DNA of 64,000 nt from the NCBI RefSeq assembly GCF_009914755.1, contig NC_060927.1; one strand, 5' to 3'. Under the pieces are notes generated by a model, which worked only from the letters and a program-made list of their open reading frames with translations, did no database searches and was not told the origin of the DNA. Of the stretch, positions 13,591 to 27,869 are shown one piece after another (within the stretch, counting starts at the first letter, position 1; every line of letters begins with the position of its first letter). The DNA is from the human T2T-CHM13v2.0 reference genome, Homo sapiens. Made by a program: the position numbers and the translations under genes.

Positions 13591-14389
13591 AAGTGTGCCA
13601 GAAGAGTGGGCCATCGGTAATACTGAACTGTAGAGTTAAAAGATTTCCCCAAGCTCTTTCCAACCCAGACATATTGCTTTCATTGCAGATGGTCAGCACT
13701 TATTTACTTACTTGCGATCTGAAGTTCCATACTCTGCCTATGTCACAGTTAGTGTAGACATCAAGTCAACAGAATGAGGTATACAACACAGAATCACGTC
13801 CTCAAGCACCATCATACAGATGCAAAAGAGCTCAAACACGGGTGTCCAGGAAGGAAGTGCCATTTTGTTGCAACAAAGCTGTATGGTTTTGCTGATTTTC
13901 CTCTTAGATTCAATGGTCTTTCCAGCTGTGTGGAAGATATATAAGTGGGAGAGAAAGAGCAATTTGGGGTGGCGGGGGAAGAGTGGAGAAAGAGCTGTCT
14001 GAGAGCTGATAATAGAATTGCTGGGTTGAGGCATTTTCTATTGTTTTGTTTTTCTTTTGCATTTTAGGATACAAGAGAATGGGGACTGAAGTGTTACTTG
14101 GAATGGATTCTTTTAGCTCAGAAAGAAATTCAGAGTCACTTTGACTTAATATTTTTCTTGTTAGTAACTGGAAATCTCTACTCATCTTGGGGCCCCTGGA
14201 CAAGGAAAATTTGCCTATTGTGTGTTCAAAGGCACCTATCCCAGAGAACACCACCAGTTTGCTAAGTCACAAACACTTTTCAGGTCACTGGAACATAATA
14301 TTAAGATACTGGACAGGACTTCAGCAGAGCACATCTGAACCACATATGACTTCCTTCAGAAGAGAGTTGTTCTCACCTAAACAGCACTT

Positions 14390-14790
14390 GGAAGAAAGCA
14401 GAGCCTGAGATGGGGATTCTCAGTTGGGGGTGCCCTCAGAGAAGAATGAAAGAGCAGGGGAAGGAGCTAAACAAGGGGCCCTCAGAGAAGAATGAAGGAG
14501 CAGGGGAAGGAGCTAAACAAGGGTGTGGTCTCAGCTGGAGACCAGTCTCAGCCTGTTCCCAAGGGAGCTCTGAAGCATGAATTGTACCCCAGAGTTGTCC
14601 CACCCTGAGGCAAAGGAGTTGACTTCTGTAATTCTGTGCCAGTCACTGGTCAGGTTTGTGGATGTTACGGTGACTTGTAACCCAGGGCGGGGAGGTGGCT
14701 CCTGTTCCCTAGGCTGAGGCCAGGGCTGGGGAACAGCAGCTATGAGCTGTAAAGGAATCTGAGCAGGGTACCAACAGTGTCCACTACTGA
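14390..14790 (-). mobile_element. ERVL-type solo LTR carrying a 46-bp tandem duplication (14432-14523)
   Basis: aagcagagcctgagatggggattct...gggtaccaacagtgtccactac; duplicated unit gccctcagagaagaatgaa(a/g)gagcaggggaaggagctaaacaaggg. Confidence 0.6.
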
Positions 14791-17700
14791 AGGAAATACC
14801 AAAGTTCAGGCTGTCTTCATCCACGTTAATAGCTGACGTCAATATACACGTTTAAAAGCAATGTGAATTAAGATTTCTTGGGTGATTCTTTAACATGACC
14901 AATCCCCAGCTTGTTGTGAAAGAGGGGCTCCTTAACTGGCTTATCTCAATTTCCTGTGAGTAAATATAAGCTCCTCAGATATTTGCCATCCATTAGATTC
15001 TGATATTTTAATTATTTTAATCAATAACTAAACTATTTGGCTCTGGTGAGCTTTGCCATGTTGAACTGTGTATGTTTCTGAGCTAGTGCTTTTGTGTGCC
15101 TGGGTCTCAACTCAACTGAGAGCCAAACCCAAAAAAAGATGTTAGTTTGCCAAATTCGAATAGAACCAAATCCATATTCTTTCAACTGGAATGTGAATCA
15201 AAAGCCTAAAACAGAAGCAAATGTATACACTTTCTGAAACTACTGAAACAAAGAAAAGCCTGAATGTCAAAATACTCTCAAAACTGAAAGTGATGTTTTT
15301 GGTGCAATTTCATTTGGTTTGAGTCACTTGTGGACATTTGTCCCTGATCAGCAGCTGAATCAGTTCTGTCACCATGTTCTCATCTCAGTTCTATTCATTC
15401 TGCATTCACTCAAAAATCTCATCATTTACCTTTTCAACGTGCCCCTTAAAGGTGAAGGAGGGAGAGTGGGGAGGGGCTAGTTTTAGAATTGGTAGAACAT
15501 ATAGGGAGGAAAAGACTTGATGAGAAGAAATTACTCTTGTTTAGCTGGAAACTTGCCTGGTTGCTTTTCCTGCATATTAAAGAACAAAATTAACTCCTCG
15601 GCTTATGACTCCCTTTCCTGCCTCTCTTATCATCATCCTTTGTTCCTGTAAGAAAATCACGCTGAAGTACATTTTGGCATTGCCCTAGACACGTTAAATT
15701 TCAGGCATCGTTCTAGAAGACTGCGGCGGAACAGAGCACAGTTATCTTCTGCAACTTGGGTTGACAGTAGTTTCAGGGCCCCACTGATCATTTCCAGGCA
15801 GGTGAGATGGGAACTGAAACTGGCTTCATTTTCCTGAGAACACCCAGGCTGCCCGGAGGCTGCAACTGGCAATGAGTGTCTCCCTGGGCTACAAAGGGAC
15901 ATGGGGCCTGCTGTTCATTTTGGGGTCTGGCAGGATCACATTGATTATTTTCTAATGCCATTTAAAGATGAGCTTCCCCCTCTTTTTTTTTGAAATATTT
16001 GCTTACATACATTTTCTCACTTTTCTTTCCGTCTTCCCACCCTTCCCACGTACACACACAGAAATAGCTCACTTCTCCAGAGTGGGAGGCTGGGGCTCCA
16101 AGCTCTCCCCGTGTAGGGCTGCGGAAGCCTGTGGTCTCTGGCAAGCAGCCGGGCTGGGAGAGGGGGTTCTGGCCTCAAACCAAGGACGTAATTATCGACA
16201 TGCTTAGTATCCAGAGACTCTTCTCCTGCGAGGGCTCTGCTAATAACATAATCCGCCACACAGGTCTTTTGCTGAATTCATCTTGCAGAGAGAGAGAGAG
16301 AGCTAGAGAGAGATAATAGGGTCCAAAGATAGCCCTTCTCAGATAATCTTTGAGAAAGTTGCTGAAAATGTAAGCCCTTGGACCCAGTGTAAAGTTTGTA
16401 AGGAGCAAGTTGATTTCTGAATCCAGACTTAAGGACCTGCACTCACAGCATCCATTTATGTCACAAAAAAAACTCACCTTGCCAAAACAGATAAAACATT
16501 TAACTCTAAAATTAAGCAAACTCAGTTAATTCTAAAGCCCTGGCCAGAGGCTTATGCTCAGAGATGAAGGATGTGCTAAATGGCATCTGAAGTCCAATAA
16601 CTCCATGGGAGACATTTGGGGTTGGCAAGTGTGTTTATGACATTACTGTGAGCATCACCAGAGCAAGTGCACATGTTCACAAAATCCAGGTAAAAAGTTC
16701 ACAAAGTCCATGATAAAGTGAATGACATGGGTGAGGGGTGCAGGGCATGGTGAATGCAGAACGGTGCCAGGTAAAGGAAGCGCCTGCTGTGCCATGCAGG
16801 TAAGTTTAGCTACAGGTAGAAACAAGCTGGGGTTGCCAAAAGCTGGCACTTTTTCCCCAGAAAAACCCAAAATCCAAAATTTTACATGAAATCTCTGATT
16901 TTTAAACACTGCGTCCAAATACTTTTTGAGTGTTGTATAGGCCAAATAATGTACCAGTTGTGAGCTAGATCTGACCCAAAGCCTTTTGGCAATTTCCATA
17001 GGTGAATGAAAGCTTCCTAGAGAAATTTCTGCTGTTTATGAACTTTGCAGACCTTCGTAGTTATTGTCCACATCACTCCAGGGAGAGCTGGGGAATGCAT
17101 TTACATTGTCTGCCATTAGAATTCTCCAACAATACTGCTGGATTCAAAGAAACTGAGGGAAGCAAGACCTGCAGTGGGAGGCTGTTTCTCCAGCAGCCCA
17201 GCATGATGCAGAAGCCTGCTTCGGCTGAGCTAAGGATACTGCAAGCTGACTCGCTCAGGCAACTGCTCCACCTCATGGGAGGGGCTCAGGGGACAGGCCT
17301 CCACCCACACCCACCCACCACAGACAGCTGCTCAGGGAGCCCCAACTGTGTAAACCTTTGCCAGTGGATTCTGAGGAGAACCCCGATATCAAGCAGATTA
17401 ACGCCGGGCTACTTTGGTTAAAGCACAAGTGGAGGATCCAGGAGAGCCCCAGAGAGCCCCTCCCTCTGCCCTGTAGACACGTTCCCTGAGCCTCAGAACC
17501 TCACCCAACAGGCAGAGAGCTGAGCAAACTTGGCCCAGCTGCCCAATCCTTTTGAAAACCCACAGTCTTCCCCTGAGGTCTCTATGAATTCCTGAAGCCC
17601 ACTTTCTCAGTACCCCTCAGGGCTGCCTCTGTTTTGCTCCGCCCCTACTCATCGCTGTGTGTTTTAGTAAACTCCACTGAAGACAGGAGGGTGGTCACAT

Positions 17701-17873
17701 AGCACAGAACACACCTTCCTCTGCCTTCCAGATGTCCTCCTTATTCCTCTGCTGTCAGGAGCAAAGCTAATCCATTCCCAGGTGGCACATAGCAGCACAG
17801 AAGCCATCTGCTGCTTGCATCCACCCTGGGGGCCTCACCTGCTCACCACAGCTACTTTTCCAAGGACTACACT

Positions 17874-18040
17874 CAGGGTCAACTTACGGGCCTGGTCCAG
17901 TTGCTCAGGACCTCTTGCTTTGAAGACCCCTGCACTTGGTTAATGCTCTGCTGTCAGCATCTGGAAATTCGTAACAACTTTTGAATAAGGGACTCCTTAT
18001 TTTCTTTACACTGGGCCCTGCCAATTATGTAGTCAATCCT
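17874..18040. mobile_element. hAT-Tip100 MITE (MER91A-like)
   Basis: cagggtcaact...cacttggttaatgctctgctgtcagcatctggaaattc...gggccctgccaattatgtagtcaatcctg. Confidence 0.6.
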
Positions 18041-18374
18041 GGCTGTACTTCCTTAAACCACACAGTGCCCTAAGAGGAATTTTAGTGCATAACAAATATC
18101 TACATCTCTCCGGACCTAAATTTCTTCACCTATAAAGTGGCAATATCAATTTCAAAAGATAGTTGTGAGGCTTAGCTATGACCACAAGTGGAAGAGTGTT
18201 GGCAAGAGGCCAGGTAGACAGCAGGAGCTTGTAATCTCTAGTTCCTTGTAGCACGGGGGCAGGGGAGAAAGGAGCCATGAAGGGGAAGGACATGTGCGTG
18301 CACAGGCCACATGCAGGTGGCCTACTCTACAGTGGGAAGGGCTCTGAGCTACAGAACCCTTGATGAGATTCCCT

Positions 18375-18600
18375 ATTAATAATAACACCATTTATTGAAA
18401 ACATATCATGTGCCAGGCACTTTTCACTCCCTACAGTTCATCCTTAGAGCATCCTGAAAAACTGCAACATGGTATGTCCTCATTTTATAGGTGGGAAACT
18501 GAGTCATGGGGGGTTCCTTACTTGGCCAGAGAGCTGGTGGCAGAAGAGGAATCCAGACTCTCTTCGGCCTGGCTGCAAACCCCCTGCTCTTTCTGCTCTG
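18375..18600. mobile_element. MIR SINE
   Basis: catttattgaa...tgtgccaggcac...cctcattttataggtgggaaactgagtca. Confidence 0.65.
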
Positions 18601-19554
18601 CCGTGCATCGGGAATGAAAGTCTTCTCTCTGAGCCGGAGAAACCATGCCGCTGACCCTGTCATGAATAAGCCCAGAGCCCTGGCCCAGGAGGTTCACAGC
18701 AAATATTTGACAAATTAATAACAGGAAGCATCAAAGGGAGAGAAGTGAGGTGACCACACAATTTAACATCTAAATCGAGACACTTCTGAGATTGGACATG
18801 ATCAGGCAACAGGGACTACACCGGGTACACGAGGGCATCTGCTCACCCTAAAGACAACTGCGTGAACTGACATTCTCGTTGCTCTCAGTATTTATTTCTA
18901 TACTGCTTAAGCTCCTAAAAAGACATTCAATATGCCATTTTTGTTCAATTTTTTTTTTAGGTTCTTCTCTGCGCTTGTCTCTTTTCTGGTCAATTCCTGT
19001 GTTCTGCACATACTGCAGAAGATTTTCTGCCCACTGGGAAGGCTCTGTGTCTATGTTGGCCTTCATTCAGCCCATTCATGCAGCTCCCCATGACAAACAC
19101 AAGAGCCCATACTGGGCTCTGTGGCTTGGCATTGGAATGTGTCAGTGTTGGACGGTGCCCCTTGTGTCCCTAAGCTGCATACAAGCTGGTGTGTTGCTTA
19201 GGGTAAAGCACACAGTTGGTCCTCCATAGAAGCCAAATAATCCACTTGTCTGGTATTCACCACTGCCCAGGAAAAGAAATGAGTGAAAGAGGCACCTGGT
19301 GAGGTCCATTGCAGGGAGGCAGGAAGGCACAGAACTCATCAGCTGCCCTAGGCCAGAGACGGGGATTCTCAGAGAAGTCCCAGTTTCTTTTCTGTTTCTC
19401 TCCCACAAATTTTATTTTAAAAAATTTCAAATATAGAGAAAAGTTGCAATACTAGGACAATGAACACCCATATGCTCTTCATTCAGAATCACTAATTTTT
19501 AACATTTAGAACATTTGGTCCCTTTTATTCACTCTCTCTCTCCATGTATATATG

Positions 19555-19557
<3 letters not shown>

Positions 19558-19612
<55 letters not shown>
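19558..19612. repeat. (TG)~27 perfect microsatellite
   Basis: Uninterrupted TG run, directly visible. Confidence 0.99.
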
Positions 19613-19614
<2 letters not shown>

Positions 19615-20324
19615 GCAGAGTTAAGAAGAGTATGGGAGGTCTATTGGGAGGTAACACCTTTGATATCAATACAAGACAGAAGCAGCAGGATTGAGCAGGG
19701 AGAGCCTCAGCTTGTCGTGCAAGGGTGCCAGAGTTTTGGCCAATGCAGAGAGGAGTTCCAGAGTGGATTGCCCATTGAAGAGATCTGTGTTGGTCAAAAT
19801 GGTCTGGCCCTGCTACCCTCACCATGCCCAGTCATCAGCTGGGAGTGGCCTGGAAAGCCCATGGCTTTAACTGAGGCAGAGACTTAAGGCATTCATAGCT
19901 GGGAGTCATTGCCCACCATGCTCCTTCCAGCTGACCGGCAAGTCCTTTCCTGAAGAGACACCCAATCTCTATAATCTCTTGGTTGCCACAAAAGGTACCT
20001 TTTCCCTTTTTCCCTTTGTAATTAAAAGCTTCCAGTTTCTTAAGGTACTTGATTGGGGGAGAGCTGCAGTCTTCTCATTGCCACAACTGTCACCTGAAGA
20101 TGTAGCAAGAAAAAGGATGCCTTTCTCCTCTTCTGCCTTCTGAGGATGGAAGGAAAGGTAAGGGGGCTCTGCGGGTTATAGTGGCCCCATTACAGGCTTG
20201 GGGGACACATGGGCTGCTTTTCTCCCTTTGTGCTGATTCTCACAGAACTAAACACAACTATACCAGAATCTTGGCGACATCTGCAGCTTTCCCTCTTCGC
20301 ATGTAGCCCCGAATGTCCCTGATG

Positions 20325-21083
20325 CATGCAGCAGATGTGACCAGTGCCCATCCATGCACCATGGGGCTCACCTGGACATGCCAGGTCCCTACTCACTGAA
20401 GAGTCACAGCTCTGGCTGGGCACATCCTTTTGGTCATGGCAGCATGCTCCATGCATGTGCACAGAAAGCTGGAAGTGCTGGAGAGTTAATGGCCCCAGAA
20501 GCAGCCTTCCACTAAACACAGATGGGGAGGTGGTGGATACATGTCCAGCTTCCTTGTCAGCTCGGGTGGGAAAGCTCTGAGGTTTCTTCTGCACAGATTC
20601 CCATAGGTCCCAGTCAGACTGAGCCCCAGTAGCGCTCAGTGGTGACCTGCTCATAAAAGCCTCCTGCAGCCAGGCACGGTGGCTCATACTTGTAATCCCA
20701 GCACTTTGGGATGCTGAGGTGGGAGGATGGCTTGAGCCCAGAGTTTGACACCAGCCTGGGCAACATGGGGGACCCCACCTCTACAAAAAATAAAATATTA
20801 AAAAATACGCTGGGTGTGGTGGTGCCCCCTGGTAGTCCCAGCTTCTTGGGAAGCTGAGGTGGGAGGGCACTTGAGTTCAGGAGTTCAAGGATGCAGTGCA
20901 CTATGATCGCACCACCGCACTCCAGCCAACCCAGAGAGGAGTTGGGTTCTTTGAATTCCTTCTCTTCCCTGAATAACTTCTCCAACCGCTAGAGTAGCTT
21001 CCTAGGGTCTCCTCCCAAATTAGCCACTTGCACTTGAATTCTTTTCTCAGAATCAGCCTCTGGGAGAATGCAACTTAAAACAA
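20325..21083 (+). mobile_element. LTR33-like solo LTR interrupted by an AluJ
   Basis: tgcagcagatgtgaccagtgccc... start; ends cctcccaaattagccacttgcacttgaattc...ctctgggagaatgcaacttaaaaca. Confidence 0.6.
20668..20927 (+). mobile_element. AluJ, 3'-truncated
   Basis: ggaggatggcttgagccca, gagttcaaggatgcagtg (J diagnostics); no poly(A). Confidence 0.9.
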
Positions 21084-21783
21084 CACGTACACATTGGCCT
21101 TTTTGCTGCCCTGCAAAAGAGAATTGTTGCATTATATGTTAAGCACAAGCTAAAAGCTAGTATGTGAGTCTAGCAGGCCATGTGGCTCCTCATCTCTCCA
21201 AGGCCTTCTCACCACTATTTAATGGTTTGAAGGAGACACTTAACATTTATAAGTTTTACTCTATTACATCCTATGGGAGCTTTGCCACAGTGGGATATGC
21301 AAATTTAGGGAATCTCAAAGGTTTGGGGTCATCTTTTTCTGGAATATCATCTCTTTCATGATTGCCACCATCATTTTCCTCCATGCCATTCATTCAAAAA
21401 ATCATTTAGTGAGCACCTACTAATACCAGGCACTGCCTTGAGAACTGCAAACATAATAGTTAGCAAGATCCAAGTGTTGCCCTCAAGGAGTTCCTCAGTC
21501 TAGGTCTACTTGCAGCCTGCTTGTAAACAATATCAATATTTACTTACTTTTTTTTCTTTTGAAGATGGGGGATCAGTGATTAGGATTTTAGATTGAGGCT
21601 GCAAGAGAAGAAGACACTGCCTGGCTTGATTGGCACACTGCTTTATACAATCAGATTGGCAAAACTTGCTTCAGCCCCATGGGTCCAGACAATGTCCACA
21701 GCAGCCGTGGAAAATCTGAGAGCCTGATCTTCATGCCAGGCTTATTTCAGGAGAGACAAGATCATGCGGGGGTGACAGAGCTC

Positions 21784-22067
<284 letters not shown>

Positions 22068-22817
22068 CTGGACCAACACAGCTCTTTAGACAGTGCCAAG
22101 GCCAGTGGATGACCACAGGGATGTTGTTAGGTATACCCAGTTCTGTTTAATGTAGGTCTGAAAGGTTCAGCAGCTGGAGACACAGTTATTTAGGGGAGAG
22201 TGTCTTTGTCTTGGCTGGGTTCCCCTTCTATGTGGGCTCAGGGCTCTGCCAGAGAGAAAGGGGTCCCCAGGCCCTTGGCCACCCCCATCCCCATCAATTT
22301 CATATCATACATCTGCCTAACAGGGATGTGGTACAGTTTGCACACATAGTCTCTCCAAATCTGTCTCTAAATGACTGTGCTTTGGGGAGCACACATGCAG
22401 GAAATTGATCTGTGAGCAGCAGAACCGCACAGTCACTGAGAGCATAGGCTCTGGAGTTGGGCAGATGCTGACTGGAATCCTTGTTACTTACCAGTGGGGT
22501 GACCTCAGACAAGTTACTTAGCATCTCTGGGTCTTGCTTCCTTCAGCTCTAAAAGAGTAATAACTATCACTGTTGCCATCATCATACTATGTCATGGAGG
22601 AGGAGTAGATGGATTAAACATCACAAAGGTAGAACCAATAGAATTTGCTGGCATGTTGCACGTAGAGTGAAAGAGAAAAGGAGGACAAAAGGATGATAAC
22701 AAAGATGAACTGAGCTATTTCTACTGATGTGCCAGGCATCGTTACAAGCACTTTTGCATGCATTACCTCATTTAATCTTCACATCATCACTAGGAGGTAA
22801 ATACTTAGATTATTCCT

Positions 22818-23230
22818 ATGGCAGGCTCCATCAGAGCCCAACCATGTCCCTGCAGCCCATCGGAAGGCCACCTGCAGACAGTCCTCCAACATGTAGACCA
22901 ATGCCTGAGGATTTCTGGTCCCAGGTCAGGCCCATGCACAAGACAGGTCAGAGTGACCCTAAACTAAGAAAGGCAAGGAGTCTGTAGAATATAACTGATA
23001 TTCATCCTACTCATGGGCCAGTCATAGTAATAAATCCTGGGGTAATTATCCCCATCCTCTCTCACAGAGTCCCCAGTGGAATTTACCACTGTTGACAATC
23101 AGGATCTATTCTGAGCTGTTTCCCTGTTTTACTCTCCCTACCCTCTCTTCCTGAGATCAGCTCCCAAATAAAATACTTTTGCCCAAATCTTTGTCTCCAG
23201 GTTTGTTATAGGGGGAACCCAAACTATGAC
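22818..23230 (+). mobile_element. LTR16-like solo LTR inserted into a MIR (22705-22815, 23232-23335)
   Basis: ctcccaaataaaatacttttgcccaaatctttgtctccagg...ggggaacccaaactatgac; MIR halves on both sides. Confidence 0.6.
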
Positions 23231-23342
23231 CTCCCCATTTTTAAGATGCGGGCACAGAGGCACTGAAGAACCTCAAGACTGCACAGCTATGATTGTAGTC
23301 CAGGTAGTTTGGCTGTAGAGCCTGAGTTCTTAATGTCTAGTA

Positions 23343-23511
23343 CAGAGGTTCTCAAACTTCACTGCAGGCATGTTAAAACCCAGATGGCTGGACCCCACCC
23401 CCAGAGTTCCTATAATAATTCAGCAGGGTGAGATGGGGCACTAGAATTTGCATTTCTACTGGTTTCCAGTAATGCTGCTGCTGGTCCAGGCACCACACTT
23501 TGAGAACCACT
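23343..23511. mobile_element. MER5A (hAT-Charlie MITE)
   Basis: TIRs cagaggttctcaaact ... ctttgagaaccact; gaatttgcatttcta core. Confidence 0.85.
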
Positions 23512-24924
23512 ATTCTAGTGCTGTTGAAGATGTTTGTTAGAATGGATCCATCTCATCAGAAGGATAGTGCCTGTTCCCATTCAGGTCTCATATCCCAGGG
23601 GAACTGGGCCTTGGTGTGGCTACTATACTTTGTAGTATGCTCACATATACTATCTACGCACTCCAACCTGTATTTTCTGAGTACCCACTGTTTCCGGCAT
23701 TGTGCAAGATGCTGTAGGGACACATAAACGCATGAGACCAAATGTCTGCCTTGGAAAATGTGGGTTCCGTCTAGGGTGGAGCTTTCAAGTTCAGGCCCAA
23801 ACTGTGACACCAGGCAGATGATTTTAAAAAGAGTAGAGTGTTTGATGCTTGAATTAGTCTCAGAATGGAGAGGCCAAGACCGAAAAACTCACTAAATCAA
23901 TCATCAGAGGAAGTGGGAAGTCAAGCCTTGACAAGGCGACCACAGGGCAGAGGTGAGCTGAGGATGTGTCTTTTGATTATGTGATCCCTATTTTATCTGC
24001 AGTTAATTAATACAGCTCTTGGGGCTGCATTGGAATGAGACTGCCATCAGAAAGCCTGAACCTACTGCAGTTTTGATTCCTGACATCGGAACTTGTTACT
24101 CTACAGTCTTTATTGTGCTGGCAAAAGGAGATTAATTCACAGGATGAAAAGAAACCATATTAATGAAAGGGACAATATAAATTTGTATTCAGCAAGGCAA
24201 ATCAGCAGTGCTCTGCAACTACAGGAGCAGGAGGCAAAGAATGGCATGTTAAATTACTCCTGTCTTGGGCTGTCAATTTAAAACACCTTTTGTGCATTCT
24301 TTTCTTTGACCGAATACATGTGCATTTCACACACAGTGTGAAGGCAATACATGCTAACCTGCAGCACCAGCCCCTCCCCCAATATAAAGAGTTCAGTAGC
24401 AAAGGCTTGTAAGTTTAACTAGAGAAATCGCTTTTATTGGAAGCATTTTTCATGTATAAATGTAAGGTAGCTATTAATGTATGTGTTGTGCGTGTGTGTG
24501 TTTATGTGCACGACTTAGTTGCAATTAAAAAAATAAAGACTGCAGTGGTTTGAATCATAATGATTTGCAACTAAAAATCCATTAGCCCTGTCTATGGATG
24601 ATGCTAAATATACCAAATGTCAGGATGTGGCAGGCTGGAAGGGCAGCCTTAAAATAGTCTCTTTGAAAATAGCCCCTCCGGGTGGCTTTTCTCCACAGAT
24701 CTATCTCCTTGACACACATTCCTGGGGAGGTAAATCTAAGAAGCAGGGTGCAGGGCAGATTCCATGGAGGGAGGAACAAACCTGATTGTTTCACAGTGTA
24801 AATAAAATGTCAGGGGTGCCAGGCCAGGGGTCCCCACACCCCATTTGGGGTTGCTCTCCAACCTCTCAGGCTTTGGATGCTGGTCTGGCCAACGCTGACA
24901 CCCTCAATCCCTGGAACTATTTGA

Positions 24925-25343
24925 AATGGTTAGAGGCGGGGGGCAGGACTTCTAGTTCCCATAGACACAGTTTTCTGGGGGGTCTAGCTCTTGCTGCCAC
25001 TTTGCTGCCTGTGCAGCAGACCTTGAGTGCCAGGGCAATCGCTCCACCTAGGAGCAACCCATATCCAAAGAGCTGTTGCATGAATACCCCGGCTCCCTCG
25101 CCCTCGGGCAGGACAGATCTAAGGTATGTATTTCACACTTATTCTTAGCATTGCTCAATGGGATTAAGCTCCAGGTACTCACAGAAGTAACCTGCTTTAT
25201 TCCACATTCTTTACTGACTGCCTTCTCTTCCCTGTCTCACTTCACTACTCCACTCCTGATGTTTCCTGGGATCATCTCCCAAATAAACTATTTGTTCTCA
25301 ATTCCTTATCTCAGGGTTGGCTTCCGAGGGAACCCAGTAAGAC
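24925..25343 (+). mobile_element. LTR16/LTR33-like solo LTR
   Basis: tcccaaataaactatttgttctcaattccttatctcagggttggcttccgagggaacccagtaagaca. Confidence 0.65.
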
Positions 25344-25639
25344 AAATGTATTACTTCCATTATGCTTATGCAGAGTCCTTATTTTTCCAGAATACAGATA
25401 AAAACCATAAGGGAGAGTGCCAGATATTTGCGTTTCTGATATGCTAGAATTATGTATCATGACCTCAAGGTAGAAGCTGGGAACTAAATTGATGGAGAGA
25501 AAAAAGATTGAGTGGATGCAGGAGAACAACAACGCAGGCCTCTAAATAGCACTTCTATGTTTTCTTTAGGTTACAAAGGGTCAGCTTGGAACTTCTGCAT
25601 CTCAGGAACTCTAGTATGTCAAACTAGACCACCAGGAAG

Positions 25640-25941
<302 letters not shown>

Positions 25942-26167
25942 TGAAGTATTTTATATGATCTTTTGTGCAGAGTTGAGGAGAATGAAGACTGTGGGACTAT
26001 GGATCAAGATGAAGATGCAGGCTTGGGAAGAACAGAGGCTGCCCAGCTCAGCCTCCCTGTAGTGCAGAGCCCTTGTGTCAGGGCCTGGGCTTTACCTCCT
26101 TGTTTAAATTCTGCCTCAAAACACGAGCCTATATGACTAGCAACCCTTTGCCACCCCGAACACATTC

Positions 26168-26330
26168 CTACTCTTCCTATTCAAAGTGCGATCTGTGATT
26201 CGGCAGATCTGAGAGGGAGGCATCAGTGTCACCTGGGAGCTTGTCAGAAATGCAGATTCTTAGCACAGTCTGCAGACCTACTACTCAGGATTTGCATCTC
26301 AATCGGTCCCCAGGTGCTTCACCTGCACAC
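26168..26330. mobile_element. MER5-family MITE
   Basis: gcatcagtgtcacctgggagcttgtcagaaatgcagattct. Confidence 0.75.
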
Positions 26331-27169
26331 CTGGCATTTAAAGTGGTTGCCTCTGAAAAGAGGATTAAAGTGGGAACTCAATAATTGAAGGACTGGGCTA
26401 TTGCTTTTAATCAGGTGGGCATATGGCTTTGATAAAAATGTAAACACCACTATAGAGAAAGGAATAGATACTTTAGAATATGGTTGAAAGCTATAAAGTA
26501 TAAAGATAGAACTAAAAATTTAAAAAGATATGATTTGTGTAAAGGCAGGGTGAGGGCATCATTCATGTAGAGGAGCCAAAATATATAAGTCAAGAAATAG
26601 AGGTATAAGCATGTTATTTAGAAAAATGTAGAAAACCGCCAGAAAAAAAATAGAAGCAGAATCATTTTAAAGCTATTGGCTCCAGGGAGCAGCTCTAGTG
26701 GAGAGGTGGTGGGCAGGAAAGAAAGCTTTTATTTTTTATTTTAGGCTTCCTGTACTGTTTGAATTTTTATTGGCATGTACATGCATTAATTCCCTTGTTA
26801 TTTATAAAATTAAGTTTTAAAAAAGAAAGAAGAGAACTAGATTAAAGCCAAACAAGGTTACAAGGGCAAGAAAGGTTTTTGTTTTTGTTTTTGTTTTTAA
26901 GAATATAAGAGTTTGGACATATTTATAGGAAGAGGATAGTAAAAAAGGGTAGAAAAATATTAAAGATAGAAGAAAAGAAATGGCAAATAGACATTGATTC
27001 TTTACTTGCATCTGTGCCTCTGCCTGACCTTGACTGGAACCTACATTTTCGGAATCCTAGAACATCACTACATAATTTCTCTGTTAAAATATATTATTAT
27101 ATTTTTAAATTACAAAAGCTACTCCCATTCTGCTCCCCTCCTCAGAGGTAAGCTAGGTTATCAGCTGAG

Positions 27170-27640
27170 TGTGTTCTATTTCTCTATGAGTTAGCTAATG
27201 CCACAGAACAAAGCTTCACTGGCACACAGCAAGGGGTATTGATTGCTTACATGTCTAGTGTGGTCTGTACTCATTTTGACCGGGTTTGCGCACAAATCTG
27301 AGGGTCACATGACTAATCTAGGGTGACAATCTAGGGTAGACTTAGCTGGGACAGCTGGGGAGACTGGACTCTCCTCCATCTCTCTCCCCCTCCAGCAGGC
27401 TAGGCTGGCATGTTCTCAGAGTAACAGCAAAGGCACAACAGCAAGCAAACCCCATTGCATCGGTGTCTTTCAAGCCTCTACTTGCATCAGCCTCACCAAA
27501 TCGAATCTCTCATCCTATTGATTCAAAGCAAATTGCTTAGCTAAGCCCAGAGTCCAAAGGAGAGGGCAAAAGAAAGGTACATAGCAGAGATGAAAACAGG
27601 AAGGAGTGAAGAACTGGGGCCATCACTGCAATCAGTGACA
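27170..27640 (-). mobile_element. MaLR LTR (MLT1H-like)
   Basis: ccagcaggctaggctggcatgttctca...tttcaagcctctacttgcatca...gaagaactggggccatc. Confidence 0.6.
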
Positions 27641-27649
27641 CTTCTAGAT

Positions 27650-27869
27650 CAGGGGTTGGCAAGTTACGGATCACAGGCAGAATCTGGCCCATCGCCTGAT
27701 TTTGAAAATCAAGTTTTACTGGAACGCAGCCATGTTCATTCATTTATTTGTTGCCTGTGGGTGCTTTTACACTATAATGTCAGAGTTAAGTAGTTGCAAC
27801 AGAAGCGATATGGCCTGCAGGGCCTTAAAAGTTTACTATCTTGTCCTTTACAGAAAAATGCACTTTTTG
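27650..27869. mobile_element. MER58A (hAT-Charlie)
   Basis: caggggttggcaa TIR; aagttttactggaacgcagcca core; perfect 8-bp TSD ttctagat at 27642-27649 and 27870-27877. Confidence 0.9.
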
